The translations under genes were made by a program, and so were the position numbers. The notes beneath the pieces are model-generated. The model made no database searches. It saw nothing but the letters and a program-made list of their open reading frames with translations, and was not told where the DNA came from. A stretch of DNA of 64,000 nt from Gemmatimonadales bacterium. Lineage in GTDB: Bacteria; Gemmatimonadota; Gemmatimonadetes; Gemmatimonadales; GWC2-71-9. Below, in pieces: positions 19,253 through 29,609 of the stretch. Each line of letters begins with the position of its first letter. The stretch's first letter is position 1. The stretch is taken from positions 64,001 to 128,000 of the forward strand of contig JBBCJC010000002.1 in assembly GCA_037189525.1 (NCBI GenBank), in the 5' to 3' direction.

Positions 19253-19671
19253 TACAGGGCGATAGACCCATCTGAGATACGTGGACTTAAAACACTACAT
19301 ATCAACACAATACGATATTGACCGACCGGACGGTTAAGAATCGTTTCAAGGCATTCTTTTCGGAAACCAAGTCGACTGGAAGCAAGGAACCAGGAATGTG
19401 GGGTCGAGTAGCCTTCGCAATACGGCACTCTCCATGACAGGAAGCATGGGGTCTGCACCCTCCCTTACCTTGGCCCGAGGGGAGGACCGTAGCCGTCATA
19501 CCACAGCATTCCATACAATGACAGGCGATCGAGGATCGACTATCCTTTTGCACCTCTTTGCCACCGTGGGCGTTCCGATGGCGGTGCCGCGGGTACCGTA
19601 GGGCGTCTCTCGATCGACGGGTTTGCGTCCCCGTTCCTCGAGCGAATCTCGACGCGACGGGTGTCTCCCCC

Positions 19672-20673
19672 ATGACCAATGTGACCCCCCGAGCCAATCC
19701 GGAAGGGCCGGTTTCGGCCTTTGCCCGGCGACACTTTCGTCATTTCAACGCGGCGGTGCTGGTCGATGCCGCCGACGCCTACCGCCAGCACATCGACGCG
19801 GGCGGCAAGATGATGATCACCCTGGCCGGCGCCATGAGCACGGCCGAACTGGGTAAGTCGCTGGCCAATATGATCCGGGCCGGACTCGTGGACGCGATCT
19901 CCTGCACCGGTGCCAACCTGGAAGAGGATCTCTTCAACCTGGTGGCGCACGACTTCTACGAGCGCCTCCCCAACTGGCGCGACCTGACCCCGGCCGACGA
20001 GCAGGGCCTGCTCGATCGGCATCTCAACCGCGTCACCGACACCTGCATTCCCGAAATGGAGGCGATGCGCCGCCTCGAGACGGCCGTACTGGAGGAGTGG
20101 GTCGCGGCGGATCGCGCGGGGGAACGGTACTTCCCGCACGAGTTCATGTACCGGGTGATTCGGAGCGGACGCCTCCAGCAGTACCACCAGATCGATCCCA
20201 AGGATTCGTGGCTGATTGCCGCGGCCGAGCGGAATCTCCCGATGGTGGTGCCCGGTTGGGAGGACTCGACCCTGGGCAACATGTACGCGGGTCACTGCAT
20301 CAGCGGCGACGTGAAGAACGTCCACACGGTGCGGACCGGCATCGAGTACATGACGTCGCTGGCGGAGTGGTACACCAACACGTCGGTCGACTCGTCCATC
20401 GGCTTCTTCCAGATCGGCGGCGGCATCGCGGGCGACTTCCCGATCTGTGTGGTCCCCATGCTCCATCAGGACCTGCAGCGCGACAACGTGCCGGTCTGGG
20501 GCTACTTCTGCCAGATCTCCGAGGCCACGACCAGTTACGGCGGATACTCGGGCGCCCCACCGAACGAGAAGATCACCTGGGGCAAACTTGCGGTCGACAC
20601 CCCCAAGTTCATCGTCGAGAGCGACGCCACCATCGTGGCCCCTCTCATGTTCGCCCTGATTCTCGGCGAATAA
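19672..20673 (+). CDS. Deoxyhypusine synthase family protein (possible homospermidine synthase)
   Basis: Start at ATG 19672. LAGAMST, TGANLEED, IGGG, YGGYSGA..NEKITWGK, ESDAT. Confidence 0.9.
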   Translation: MTNVTPRANPEGPVSAFARRHFRHFNAAVLVDAADAYRQHIDAGGKMMITLAGAMSTAELGKSLANMIRAGLVDAISCTGANLEEDLFNLVAHDFYERLPNWRDLTPADEQGLLDRHLNRVTDTCIPEMEAMRRLETAVLEEWVAADRAGERYFPHEFMYRVIRSGRLQQYHQIDPKDSWLIAAAERNLPMVVPGWEDSTLGNMYAGHCISGDVKNVHTVRTGIEYMTSLAEWYTNTSVDSSIGFFQIGGGIAGDFPICVVPMLHQDLQRDNVPVWGYFCQISEATTSYGGYSGAPPNEKITWGKLAVDTPKFIVESDATIVAPLMFALILGE

Positions 20674-20681
20674 TGACACGG

Positions 20682-20711
20682 GCGGCAGCCGGACACTCGA
20701 CCGGCTGCCGC
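20682..20711 (+). terminator. Hairpin after DHS-like gene
   Basis: gcggcagccgg / ccggctgccgc 11-bp stem; weak U-tract. Confidence 0.6.
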
Positions 20712-20842
20712 GCCGCATTTCCGTACCCGGGAGATTCCGGCACGGGGAGTGCATTGTGATGTCACGGTGAACGCATTTCCGTCCCGATGGGGCGGGCGCG
20801 CGTTATTATCTGATTTCCTTACTCACGCGCTCGATCGGACCC

Positions 20843-21421
20843 GTGCCCGCACCACCTGACGAGGTTACCCGGCTACTCCGCCGATTTTCGGCCGGCGACG
20901 AGCTGGCCGCCGAGGCGCTGATTCCGCTGATCTATGCGGAACTGCATGACATTGCCGAACGGCAGATGCGGCACGAGCGCGGAGATCATACCCTGCAGCC
21001 CACCGCGCTCGTCAACGAGGCTTTTCTCCGATTGGCCGGCAACCACGACGCCGACTGGAAAAACCGACAGCACTTCCTGAGCCTTGCCGCTCAGGCCATG
21101 CGCCGCATCCTGGTCGACCACGCCCGCCGGCGCAACGCCCAGAAGCGCGGTGGGCGCCAGGACAAGCTCGAGCTCAACGACGCCCTCCAGCTGAGCAGCG
21201 ACGACGAGCACGACACCATGGATCTCGAGTCGCTCGACGAGAGTCTCGAACAGCTGGCCGCGCTGGACCCGCGCCAGGCCAAGGTCGTCGAACTCCGCTT
21301 CTTCGGCGGGCTCTCGGTCGAAGAAACCGCCGAAGTGCTCGAGATCTCCACCGCCACGGTCAAACGCGACTGGGCCTTTGCCCGCGCCTGGCTCAAGCGC
21401 GCACTGAGCCGCGGCTCCTGA
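20843..21421 (+). CDS. ECF sigma factor, kinase-associated type (TIGR02999-like)
   Basis: HTLQPTALVNEA, AMRRILVDHAR..A.KRGG, VVELRFFGGLS.EE.A, TVKRDW.FARAWL. Confidence 0.92.
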   Translation: MPAPPDEVTRLLRRFSAGDELAAEALIPLIYAELHDIAERQMRHERGDHTLQPTALVNEAFLRLAGNHDADWKNRQHFLSLAAQAMRRILVDHARRRNAQKRGGRQDKLELNDALQLSSDDEHDTMDLESLDESLEQLAALDPRQAKVVELRFFGGLSVEETAEVLEISTATVKRDWAFARAWLKRALSRGS

Positions 21422-21479
21422 TCCCCAGCCCGGTCGTTCGACGCGTCTCGAAGACCTCAACCGCCGGCCACTCGGTTCC

Positions 21480-23957
21480 ATGGTAAGTAAAGATCGGTTC
21501 CAACAGCTTCGCGATCTTTTCGAGCAGGCGCTCGATCGGCCCGTGGCCGAACGGCGGGATTTCCTCACGGCTGCCGCAGGCGGTGATCTCACACTGGTCC
21601 ACGAGGTCGAGGCGCTGCTGACCGAAGCGGCCGACCCCGATGATTCGTTCCTCGAGCCACCGACGAGCGCCCGGATTGCCCGGGTGTTCGAAGATGCGTC
21701 AGGTACGCTGATCGGCGACCGGATCGGACCCTACCAGCTCACCCGGCTCATCGGGTTCGGCGGCATGGGCGCGGTCTACGAAGCGCACCGAGCCGACGAT
21801 CACTTCCGGAAACGGGTCGCGATCAAACTGGTCCGGCGCGGGCTCGAAACCGAGCTGGCGATGCGCAGGTTCCGACAGGAACGCCAGATCCTCGCCACGC
21901 TGGACCATCGCAACATTGCCGCCCTGCTCGACGGGGGCGTCACCGACGACGGCCGACCCTACTTCGTGATGGAGTACGTCGAAGGCCAGCCGATTACCCG
22001 CTACTGCGACGAACGCCACCTCACTCCGGAAGCCCGCCTCAAGCTGTTCCGCCAGGTGTGCACAGCGGTCGATCATGCCCACCGCAACCTGGTGGTACAT
22101 CGCGACCTCAAGCCGGGCAACATCCTGGTGGCGAGCGACGGCACCGTCAAACTGCTCGACTTCGGGATTGCCAAGATCCTGGGCGATGAAGACGATCCGG
22201 ACCAGGCGCCGATGACCCGCGGCGGCATGCGGGCATTGACGCCGGAATACGCCAGCCCGGAAATGATCGCGGGCCGCCCGCTCTCCGTCGCCACCGACAT
22301 CTACTCTCTAGGTGTAGTGCTGTTCGAACTCCTGACCGGGCAGCGACCGTTCCGATTCGACGACCTGTCGCTGGCTGGGGTCGAACGAGTTATCATGGAA
22401 TCCCCGGCGCCGGCGCCCAGCGCCACGGCCGGAGAAGCACACGCTGCGCATTCAGATCAGCGCAGCGTCGCCGCACTCCGCCGAAGCCTGCGCGGCGAAA
22501 TCGACGCCATCGTACTGACCGCCCTCCGCAAGGAGCCGGAACGCCGCTATCGATCGGTCGACGCCCTCTCGGAAGACATCACGCGATTCCTGGATGGCCT
22601 CCCGGTCGCCGCGGAGCGTGACTGGATCGGTTACCGGGTCCGCAAGTTCGTAACACGGCACCGCGCTCCCGTAGCCATCGCCACGCTGCTGATCCTCTCG
22701 CTGATCGGGGGGATCGTCATCAGTACGATGCAGGCTCGACGGGCCGATCGGGAACGCCGGCGCGCCGAGTTGGTCTCCGGCTACCTGGGCTCGATGCTGG
22801 CCGCCCCCAACCCCGCCGTGCACGGCCGAGATATCACGGTCGCCGAGGTGCTCGATACGGCGGCTGCGCAGGCGCGACGCGAACTATCCGATGAGCCCGA
22901 AGTCGAGGCCCTGGTGCAAGCCACCCTGGGCCACACCTACCACAGTCTCGGCCGCTACGAAGCAAGCGAAGCAGCTTTTCAGGCGGCGCTGGATGCCCGG
23001 AAACGCGCGCGGAGCACCGACGAGCAGATCGCGTCGGCGCTGATGAACGTCGGCGCCGCGGCACTCCGCAATGCCCGGCTGGACCGGGCCGATTCGCTGC
23101 TCCGGCTGGCGCTGACGATCCACAACCGGAACCCTCGTGGCACCGACAGCACCCGCGCGGCAATCCTGGACAATCTGGGCGCCGTTGCCGAGGAAGCGGG
23201 ACAGATCGACTCATCGGAACAGTATCACCGGGACGCCTTGGCAATCCGGCGCCGGATTTTTCCGGGCGATCACGACCTGGTCGCCCGCACCATCAACAAC
23301 ATCGCGGTGGCCGTCGGAATGCAGGGCCGGTTCGCGCCTGCGGAATCACTGCACCGTGAAGCGGCGGAAATGCTGGTCCGGGTTCATGGTGAGTATCACC
23401 CGTCGTCCGCGACCGGTCTCAACACGCTGGCGACCATTCTCGACTTCCAGGGCAAGGACGAGGCCGAGGCCCTGTACCGCAGGGTGATTGCGATCCGCGC
23501 GAAGGTGCTGGGCACCGACCATCCGGACTACGCCTGGACCCTGTCGAACTACTCCGCCTGGCTGCTCAACCATGACCGCCCGGGCGATGCGCTGCCACTG
23601 GCGCGTGAGATCGTCGCGCTGCGTGGCAGGAGCCTGGACGATACCCATCCCGTGCTGGCCAGCGCCTACATCTCGCTGGGACGATCTCTCTCGGGAATGG
23701 GCCAGCTCCGCGAAGCCGAAGAGGCCATCAAGGAGAGCATCGCGCTGCGACGCGCGAGCCTGCCGCCCGATCACTGGACCATCGCATCGAGCCAGGTGGC
23801 CCTCGCCGAAGTGTACCTCGCCGGACGGCGTACCAGGCTGGCGGAACCGCTGCTCAGCGGCGCCGTGACCCGCCTGCGTGAAACGGTCGGCCCCGACCAT
23901 CCCCGCACCCGCACGGCGGAGCAACTGCTCAGCACGATCCGTTCGCCCGGGCAGTGA
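21480..23957 (+). CDS. Hanks-type Ser/Thr kinase with TM segment and C-terminal TPR repeats
   Basis: GFGGMG.VY, VAIK, HRDLKPGN, DFG, TPEYASPE; TM; repeated 'G.DHP' TPR units. Confidence 0.95.
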   Translation: MVSKDRFQQLRDLFEQALDRPVAERRDFLTAAAGGDLTLVHEVEALLTEAADPDDSFLEPPTSARIARVFEDASGTLIGDRIGPYQLTRLIGFGGMGAVYEAHRADDHFRKRVAIKLVRRGLETELAMRRFRQERQILATLDHRNIAALLDGGVTDDGRPYFVMEYVEGQPITRYCDERHLTPEARLKLFRQVCTAVDHAHRNLVVHRDLKPGNILVASDGTVKLLDFGIAKILGDEDDPDQAPMTRGGMRALTPEYASPEMIAGRPLSVATDIYSLGVVLFELLTGQRPFRFDDLSLAGVERVIMESPAPAPSATAGEAHAAHSDQRSVAALRRSLRGEIDAIVLTALRKEPERRYRSVDALSEDITRFLDGLPVAAERDWIGYRVRKFVTRHRAPVAIATLLILSLIGGIVISTMQARRADRERRRAELVSGYLGSMLAAPNPAVHGRDITVAEVLDTAAAQARRELSDEPEVEALVQATLGHTYHSLGRYEASEAAFQAALDARKRARSTDEQIASALMNVGAAALRNARLDRADSLLRLALTIHNRNPRGTDSTRAAILDNLGAVAEEAGQIDSSEQYHRDALAIRRRIFPGDHDLVARTINNIAVAVGMQGRFAPAESLHREAAEMLVRVHGEYHPSSATGLNTLATILDFQGKDEAEALYRRVIAIRAKVLGTDHPDYAWTLSNYSAWLLNHDRPGDALPLAREIVALRGRSLDDTHPVLASAYISLGRSLSGMGQLREAEEAIKESIALRRASLPPDHWTIASSQVALAEVYLAGRRTRLAEPLLSGAVTRLRETVGPDHPRTRTAEQLLSTIRSPGQ

Positions 23958-24038
23958 GCCGCTTCCGACCGATCCTGCGCGTTCCTGGAGTGACGAGGTC
24001 GCCGCATCCGAGCGACCGCCCCTCGCTTCGGAGACGCC

Positions 24039-24368
24039 ATGGAGCGGATCGTACTGCGACATCTGACCGGATCACGAGCCGGTCGCGCGGAGGAGTATTG
24101 CCTCGACGGCGATCGCGACCTCGTCCTGGGTCGCGCGCCAACCGCCGCGGTGCGATTCGATCCGACGCGTGACGATGTCGTAGGCCGCCGTCATGCCCGG
24201 ATTGCGCGACGGCTGGATCGATACGCCCTGATCGACTTGGACAGCAGGAACGGCACCTTTCTCAACCGGCAGCGGGTCCTCGGATCGGTTGCCATGACGC
24301 CGGGCGACACCATCCAGCTCGGCGCCGGGGGACCTTCCCTGCGTTTCGAAATTGCGCCACAAGATTGA
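24039..24368 (+). CDS. Stand-alone FHA domain protein
   Basis: GGAG RBS; LGR, RRHARI, DLDSRNGTFLN, GDTIQLG. Confidence 0.88.
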   Translation: MERIVLRHLTGSRAGRAEEYCLDGDRDLVLGRAPTAAVRFDPTRDDVVGRRHARIARRLDRYALIDLDSRNGTFLNRQRVLGSVAMTPGDTIQLGAGGPSLRFEIAPQD

Positions 24369-24393
24369 TTCCGCCGGCTCCGCAACCCCGGCC

Positions 24394-25149
24394 GTGAGAC
24401 CCACCTCGCTGATCGGCGCCGTCGCGACCGATCGCGGCCTCATCCGGCCCACCAACCAGGACGTCATCGCCTTGGTCTGCCCGTCGGACCCGGCCGACCG
24501 GGAGCGCAACGGCGTCCTCCTCGTCGTCACCGACGGGATGGGCGGGCCCGCGGGAGGAGAGATCGCCAGTCGGATCGCGGTCGAGACAGTGACCGGCAGC
24601 TATGCATCCGACAACCACGACCCCGGCGCGGCCCTGGTCCGGGCGGTACACGCCGCCAACGCCGCGATCTACCGCGAGGGCATCCGGAACCCCCACTACC
24701 TCGGCATGGGAACGACCTGCACCGCGGTTCTGATCCGGCAGGGCTACGCGCACTGCGCCCATATTGGGGACAGCCGGCTCTATCTGATCCGGGACGGTAT
24801 CGCCCTGCAGATGACCGACGACCACAACGCCGTGTTCGATCAGGTCAAACGGGGAACCCTCGATCGCGAGACCGCCCGGCACCACCCCGACCGGCACCTC
24901 CTGGTGCGGGCCCTGGGCACCCGAGCCACCACCCGAATCGATGCCTGGCCCCAACCCCTTTTCGTCCGATTCGACGACCGCTTCGTCGTGTCGTCGGACG
25001 GGCTCCACGACCTCGTCTCGGACGACGACCTGACCGCGACCGTTCTGAACGCCCAGCCCGATGCGGCCTGCCAGCGCCTGGTCGAGCTGGCTCTGGCTCG
25101 CGGCGGCCCCGACAACATCTCGGTCGGCGTGATCCACATCAATCGCTAG
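24394..25149 (+). CDS. PP2C/PPM Ser/Thr phosphatase (start uncertain, 24352 or 24394)
   Basis: R..NQD, DGMGG, MGTT, GDSRLY, SDGL, DNIS. Confidence 0.9.
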   Translation: MRPTSLIGAVATDRGLIRPTNQDVIALVCPSDPADRERNGVLLVVTDGMGGPAGGEIASRIAVETVTGSYASDNHDPGAALVRAVHAANAAIYREGIRNPHYLGMGTTCTAVLIRQGYAHCAHIGDSRLYLIRDGIALQMTDDHNAVFDQVKRGTLDRETARHHPDRHLLVRALGTRATTRIDAWPQPLFVRFDDRFVVSSDGLHDLVSDDDLTATVLNAQPDAACQRLVELALARGGPDNISVGVIHINR

Positions 25150-25162
25150 CTTGAACGACAAA

Positions 25163-25192
25163 AGGCGGACTGACCGTCCGGTCAGTCCGCCT
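25163..25192 (-). terminator. Intrinsic (possibly bidirectional) terminator
   Basis: aggcggactgacc-gtcc-ggtcagtccgcct 13-bp stem; preceding A-run gives a minus-strand U-tract. Confidence 0.8.
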
Positions 25193-25237
25193 CTCATACG
25201 CTTACCAATAAATAACTTACAGGATAACCATCAGTGT

Positions 25238-26911
25238 CTACTTCGATATTTCATACACGATCTCACCTGCGATGATCGTCATGAGATTGCGAGTGCCAAG
25301 AATCTCCTGTTCGGGAACGACCATGATGTCGCGATCGAGAATCGTCAGGTCGGCCCATTTCCCCGGAGTGATCGACCCGCGCTTGTCCTCCTCGAAGGCG
25401 GCATAGGCCGCATAGGTCGTGAACATTTTGAGCGCCTCTTCCCGGCTGACCTTCTGCTCCGGATGCCAGACCGAATCGGGACCCGCGTTGCCACGCACAT
25501 CCCGCCGGACGACCGCCGCATAGAACTCGATCATCGGCTCGCCCCGTTCGACCGGAGCGTCCGACCCGCCGGCCACCGGAAGGCCGAGTTCGAGGAACGT
25601 CTTCCAGGCGTAAGCGCCGGTCAGGCGCCCACTGCCCAGCCGCGCCGGAACGAAGTAGAGGTCCCCGATGGCATGCGAAGGCTGCATCGAGGGAATCACA
25701 CCCAACTCTTTGAAACGCGGGATATCGGCCGGGTCGACGATCTGCGCATGCTCGATCCGGAACCGGGGGTCCGCCACCTTGCGGTCGGCCGCGGGCACCG
25801 CAGCGAGGGCGTTGGCGTAGGCGTTCAGAACGAGGCGGTTGCCGCCGTCGCCGATTGCGTGGGTCTCGACCTGAACCCCCTGTCGCAAGGCCCGATCCAG
25901 CATGGTGCGGAAGGCGGCCGTGTCGGTGGTCAACAGCCCGCGTGTGGCGCGATCGTCGGTGTAGGGATCGAGCAGCAGCGCGCCCCTGGAGCCGAGCGCG
26001 CCGTCGACCGCCACTTTGATGGTGCGGACCGTGAGACGCCCCCCGAACTCGTCGATGCTCGCTCCCTTCTCCAGCAACGAATCCGCGTCCCGCCCGGGGC
26101 CTCGAATGGCGACATAGTTGCGCAGCTTGACCTGTCCGGCACCGTAGAGCGCCCGCATCCGCCCCAGCTCGGCCCACGAGACGCCGGCATCCTGCACCTG
26201 GGTCCAACCCAGTTCGACACTCCGCCGGGCGCCGATCGTGATGGCGGAGTCGAGGGCGGACGGATCCTCCGCGGGAACGACCCGGTAGACGAGCCGCTGC
26301 GCAGCGTCGATCAGCATGCCGGTCGGCTCACCGCGCGCATCCTTGTTGATGGCCCCTCCCGTCGGCGCAGCGGTGCTGCGCGTCACGCCCGCCAGCTCGA
26401 GCGCTTTGCTGTTGGCGACGGCTGCATGCCCATCGGCCCGGCTCAGAATCACGGGGTGATTGGGGGCGACGGCGTCGAGATCCTGCCGGCTGGGGAATAC
26501 GGCCGGCTTCCAGAACGTCTCGATCCAACCGCGCCCGGTCACCCATTCTCCCGCGGGCGTCCGGTTGACCCGCTCTTTGACCTTGGCCAGGAACGCTTCC
26601 TTGGTATCGGTCCCCTCGAGGTTGAGGGTCATCTCGCGCTCGCCGACACCGCTCAGGTGATAGTGCGCGTCGGCCCACCCCGGAAATACCGCGGCGCCTC
26701 CGAGATCGACGACCCGCGTCGCCGAACCCTGATGCGCCCGGATTTCATCGGCCGTGCCTACCGCCAGGATCCGGTCACCCTTGATGGCTACCGCCTCGGC
26801 TCGAGGCGTCGTGGCGTCCAGCGTGTAGATCACGCCGTTGGTGAGCACGAGATCGGCCGGCTCAGCGGTCCGACAACCGGCCAGAACGGCCAGGAGCAGC
26901 AAGCGACGCAT
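25238..26911 (-). CDS. Amidohydrolase 3 (YtcJ-like) lipoprotein
   Basis: Start at ATG 26911 (MRRLLLLAVLAGC). DAHYH, K..VDGALGSRGA, HAIGD, RIEHAQ, GSDAPVE. Confidence 0.92.
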   Translation of the reverse strand: MRRLLLLAVLAGCRTAEPADLVLTNGVIYTLDATTPRAEAVAIKGDRILAVGTADEIRAHQGSATRVVDLGGAAVFPGWADAHYHLSGVGEREMTLNLEGTDTKEAFLAKVKERVNRTPAGEWVTGRGWIETFWKPAVFPSRQDLDAVAPNHPVILSRADGHAAVANSKALELAGVTRSTAAPTGGAINKDARGEPTGMLIDAAQRLVYRVVPAEDPSALDSAITIGARRSVELGWTQVQDAGVSWAELGRMRALYGAGQVKLRNYVAIRGPGRDADSLLEKGASIDEFGGRLTVRTIKVAVDGALGSRGALLLDPYTDDRATRGLLTTDTAAFRTMLDRALRQGVQVETHAIGDGGNRLVLNAYANALAAVPAADRKVADPRFRIEHAQIVDPADIPRFKELGVIPSMQPSHAIGDLYFVPARLGSGRLTGAYAWKTFLELGLPVAGGSDAPVERGEPMIEFYAAVVRRDVRGNAGPDSVWHPEQKVSREEALKMFTTYAAYAAFEEDKRGSITPGKWADLTILDRDIMVVPEQEILGTRNLMTIIAGEIVYEISK

Positions 26912-27026
26912 GTGCGAAATCCGGGCAGAAGGAGGAGTACGGCGAAGTATGTGACGAAAATCTGACCGGCAGGGGTGGACCGCAAGGTCTCTGTTCTTAC
27001 GGCGGCCGAGGCGATACGATTGAAGG

Positions 27027-28565
27027 ATGCGGCAAGGTTCAACCGTCCGGCAAGCGTGGTGGCTCGGCGTCTTTGTCTTGGTGGGCTGTGGCGGCGATCG
27101 CGTCATGGCGCCGCCGCCGGACGAGTTGTTCAGCGAGACCACCGTCGAAGCGCCGCCGCCGTTGCCGGCCACCATCGTCAACGTGCCCCTGCTGGTCGAC
27201 CTCGAAACGGCAATCGACCTGCTCGAAGAGGCGCTGCCCACCCGGTTCGGCAACATCGACCGCAAGCAGCGGATCCCCGGCAACCGACGGGCCCACTTTG
27301 CCTTCGCGGTGCGGCGAGATCCGTTCCGGGTCAGCGTCAGCGGCGACACCTTCCATATCGCCACCACGATTCACTACCAGGGCCGAGGCTGGTACAAGCC
27401 GCCGATTGCTCCGGAGGTCAGCGGATCGTGCGGGATCGAGGGACAGCGCCCCCGCGCCCGTCTCACCATTTCGCTCCGGCCGGAAATCGATCGCGAGTGG
27501 AAGCTCAATGCGCGGCCCCGCCTCAGCTATCTCGGCCCCGCCACGCGCACCGAGCGGGATCAGTGCGAGGTCACCTTCCTCAAACTCGACGTGACGGGAC
27601 GCGTCCTCGATGCCGCCCGAAGCGCGGTTCGTGCCCAGCTGCCCAAGGTCTCGGCCAAGCTGGCCACGCTCGACGTGCGCAGCGAGATCGAAAAAGTCTG
27701 GAACGAGATCCAGGAGCCGATCCGACTGACCGACAGCGTCTGGCTGCTGCTGCAACCCGATGCCGTCCGGCTGGGCCAGCTCACGGGCACCCAGCGCATT
27801 CTGGGCGGCACCATCGGGATCAGCGCGCATCCCAAAATCGAAACGGGCCCCAAACCGCCGGTCGCGCTCAAGCCGCTCCCCACACTGGGCGAGGCCGACT
27901 CGAGTACCGGGCTCAACCTGCTGGTGCAGGCCCGCTTCGACTACTCCCTGATCGGCAAGTCACTGACCGAGGAACTGGCGGGCACCAAAATCGACACTCC
28001 GGGCGGCACGGTTCAGCTCCAGGAACTTGCGGCGTTCGGCATCGGGAGCGGACGCCTGGCCCTCGGGGTCCGATTCGGTGGCACTACCTCAGGGCTGATC
28101 TATTTCGTGGGGACTCCGAAGTATGACCCTGGCACTGGACGCGTCTCGGTCCCGGACCTGGACTACGATGCTTCGACCACGCCGCTCCTGGTCAAGGGAC
28201 TCGCCTGGCTCAAAGCCGACCAGATCCGCGACTACCTCCGGAGCAAAGCCACCTTCCCATCGGCCGACGCCATGCAGCGACTGTCCGATCTGGCCGAGCA
28301 GGGGATGAACCGGGAGCTGACGCAGGGCATTTTCCTCAACGCCACGCTCGCGTCGACCGAGGTGATCCGGATCCTGCCTCGGCGCGACGCATTGTATCTT
28401 CAGGGCCACGCAACCGGCCAGGCGGCGCTCCATATCACGGACCAGTTCTTCGCCAAGTTCGATGAGCGGGCCGACTCCGCAGCAAGCCAGGACTCGAGCG
28501 CCAAACCGTCACCGCCGGCCACGACCGGCGCCATGCCTTCAACCGTCGCACCCAGAACCCCATGA
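27027..28565 (+). CDS. DUF4403-like lipoprotein
   Basis: Lipobox LVGC; 'W...QEPI......WL...P' and 'G.IY..G.P.YD' patterns. Confidence 0.65.
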   Translation: MRQGSTVRQAWWLGVFVLVGCGGDRVMAPPPDELFSETTVEAPPPLPATIVNVPLLVDLETAIDLLEEALPTRFGNIDRKQRIPGNRRAHFAFAVRRDPFRVSVSGDTFHIATTIHYQGRGWYKPPIAPEVSGSCGIEGQRPRARLTISLRPEIDREWKLNARPRLSYLGPATRTERDQCEVTFLKLDVTGRVLDAARSAVRAQLPKVSAKLATLDVRSEIEKVWNEIQEPIRLTDSVWLLLQPDAVRLGQLTGTQRILGGTIGISAHPKIETGPKPPVALKPLPTLGEADSSTGLNLLVQARFDYSLIGKSLTEELAGTKIDTPGGTVQLQELAAFGIGSGRLALGVRFGGTTSGLIYFVGTPKYDPGTGRVSVPDLDYDASTTPLLVKGLAWLKADQIRDYLRSKATFPSADAMQRLSDLAEQGMNRELTQGIFLNATLASTEVIRILPRRDALYLQGHATGQAALHITDQFFAKFDERADSAASQDSSAKPSPPATTGAMPSTVAPRTP

Positions 28566-29029
28566 CCGAGATCGTCCGCCGTTTCATGCTCCCGAGCGTG
28601 CTGGCCCTGGCGGCCGCGCCGCTCTCCGCCCAAACCGACGATGCGCGGGCCGCGGTCGTCGTCGTGGAAAAGATGTTCGACGCCCTGGCTCGCGGGGACA
28701 CTGCGGGGATGCGCGCGACCTTCGTTCCGGAAGGGCGGATCGTCCAAACCGGCACGCGCGAAGGCAAGCCCTTCTATCGGGTCAACAGCATCGACGACTT
28801 CCTCCGGTCGATCGGATCGGCCGCCGGACGGAAGCTCGAGGAAAAGATCTTCGAAGTGGAATCGCGGGTCGAGGACAATCTCGCCGTGGTCTGGTCACGC
28901 TACGACTTTTTCGTCGACGGCACCAAATCCCACTGCGGCGTCGACAGCTATCAGTTGGTCCGGGTCGGCGCCGAGTGGAAGCTGCTCCACATCGTGGACA
29001 CACAGCAGCGTCCCTGTCCCACGCCCTGA
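28562..29029 (+). CDS. Secreted NTF2/SnoaL-like protein
   Basis: Signal peptide; LAVVWSRYDF..DG..SHCGVDSYQL....EWK; ATGA overlap with upstream gene. Confidence 0.8.
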   Translation: MTEIVRRFMLPSVLALAAAPLSAQTDDARAAVVVVEKMFDALARGDTAGMRATFVPEGRIVQTGTREGKPFYRVNSIDDFLRSIGSAAGRKLEEKIFEVESRVEDNLAVVWSRYDFFVDGTKSHCGVDSYQLVRVGAEWKLLHIVDTQQRPCPTP

Positions 29030-29033
29030 CCGG

Positions 29034-29609
29034 TCAGAAGGTTCGACTGACGATCGTGACCGGTGAGGGATAGCTCATCGGTCCGATCGGGGTATCGATC
29101 GTCGGAACGGCGCGCAGGCTGACCTTGGCGGGGTCGGCCTGCTGCCCGGCAACCGATAGCGCGATATTGGCCAGCGACTGGGCCGAGCCGTCGAAGAATT
29201 TGAGCAGATCGAGCCGCATCGTCATCGGGATCACCCCCGGGCTGCCGGGGGCCAGGACGATAGTGGTGTCGAGCACGCCGGAGATCGTCTCGCGATCATC
29301 GAGGTGCAGGGACCACGCCAGCCGGATCATCCGGGCGGACACCGTGTTCTCGGCCGGGTTCAAGGCGCGCACGTTGACGAGGAACTCGAACGGCAACTCC
29401 CGCCGACCAAGCGCCAGCGCAATCCGGCCGGCATCGACCGCCGTCAGACTCGAGTAGTCTCGAATCCGCCCCAGGTCGACCCCCGCGAGGCGGCCGTTCT
29501 GGACGTTCGCAATGGAGAAATCCACGTTGCGAAGCGCTGCCAGCTGCTGCAGTGCCGCACACCCGGCCACGCCGATGAGCAGGCCGACGACGACGATGAT
29601 CCGCTTCAT
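29034..29609 (-). CDS. LEA type 2-like lipoprotein
   Basis: Start ATG 29609; lipobox VAGC; V.A.NP, beta-rich, 'TPIGP..YP'. Confidence 0.7.
   Translation of the reverse strand: MKRIIVVVGLLIGVAGCAALQQLAALRNVDFSIANVQNGRLAGVDLGRIRDYSSLTAVDAGRIALALGRRELPFEFLVNVRALNPAENTVSARMIRLAWSLHLDDRETISGVLDTTIVLAPGSPGVIPMTMRLDLLKFFDGSAQSLANIALSVAGQQADPAKVSLRAVPTIDTPIGPMSYPSPVTIVSRTF

Noticed and set aside
25200..25225. IHF-like site aataaataactta
   Set aside because: One mismatch to WATCAANNNNTTR, located between convergent genes, with no supporting context.
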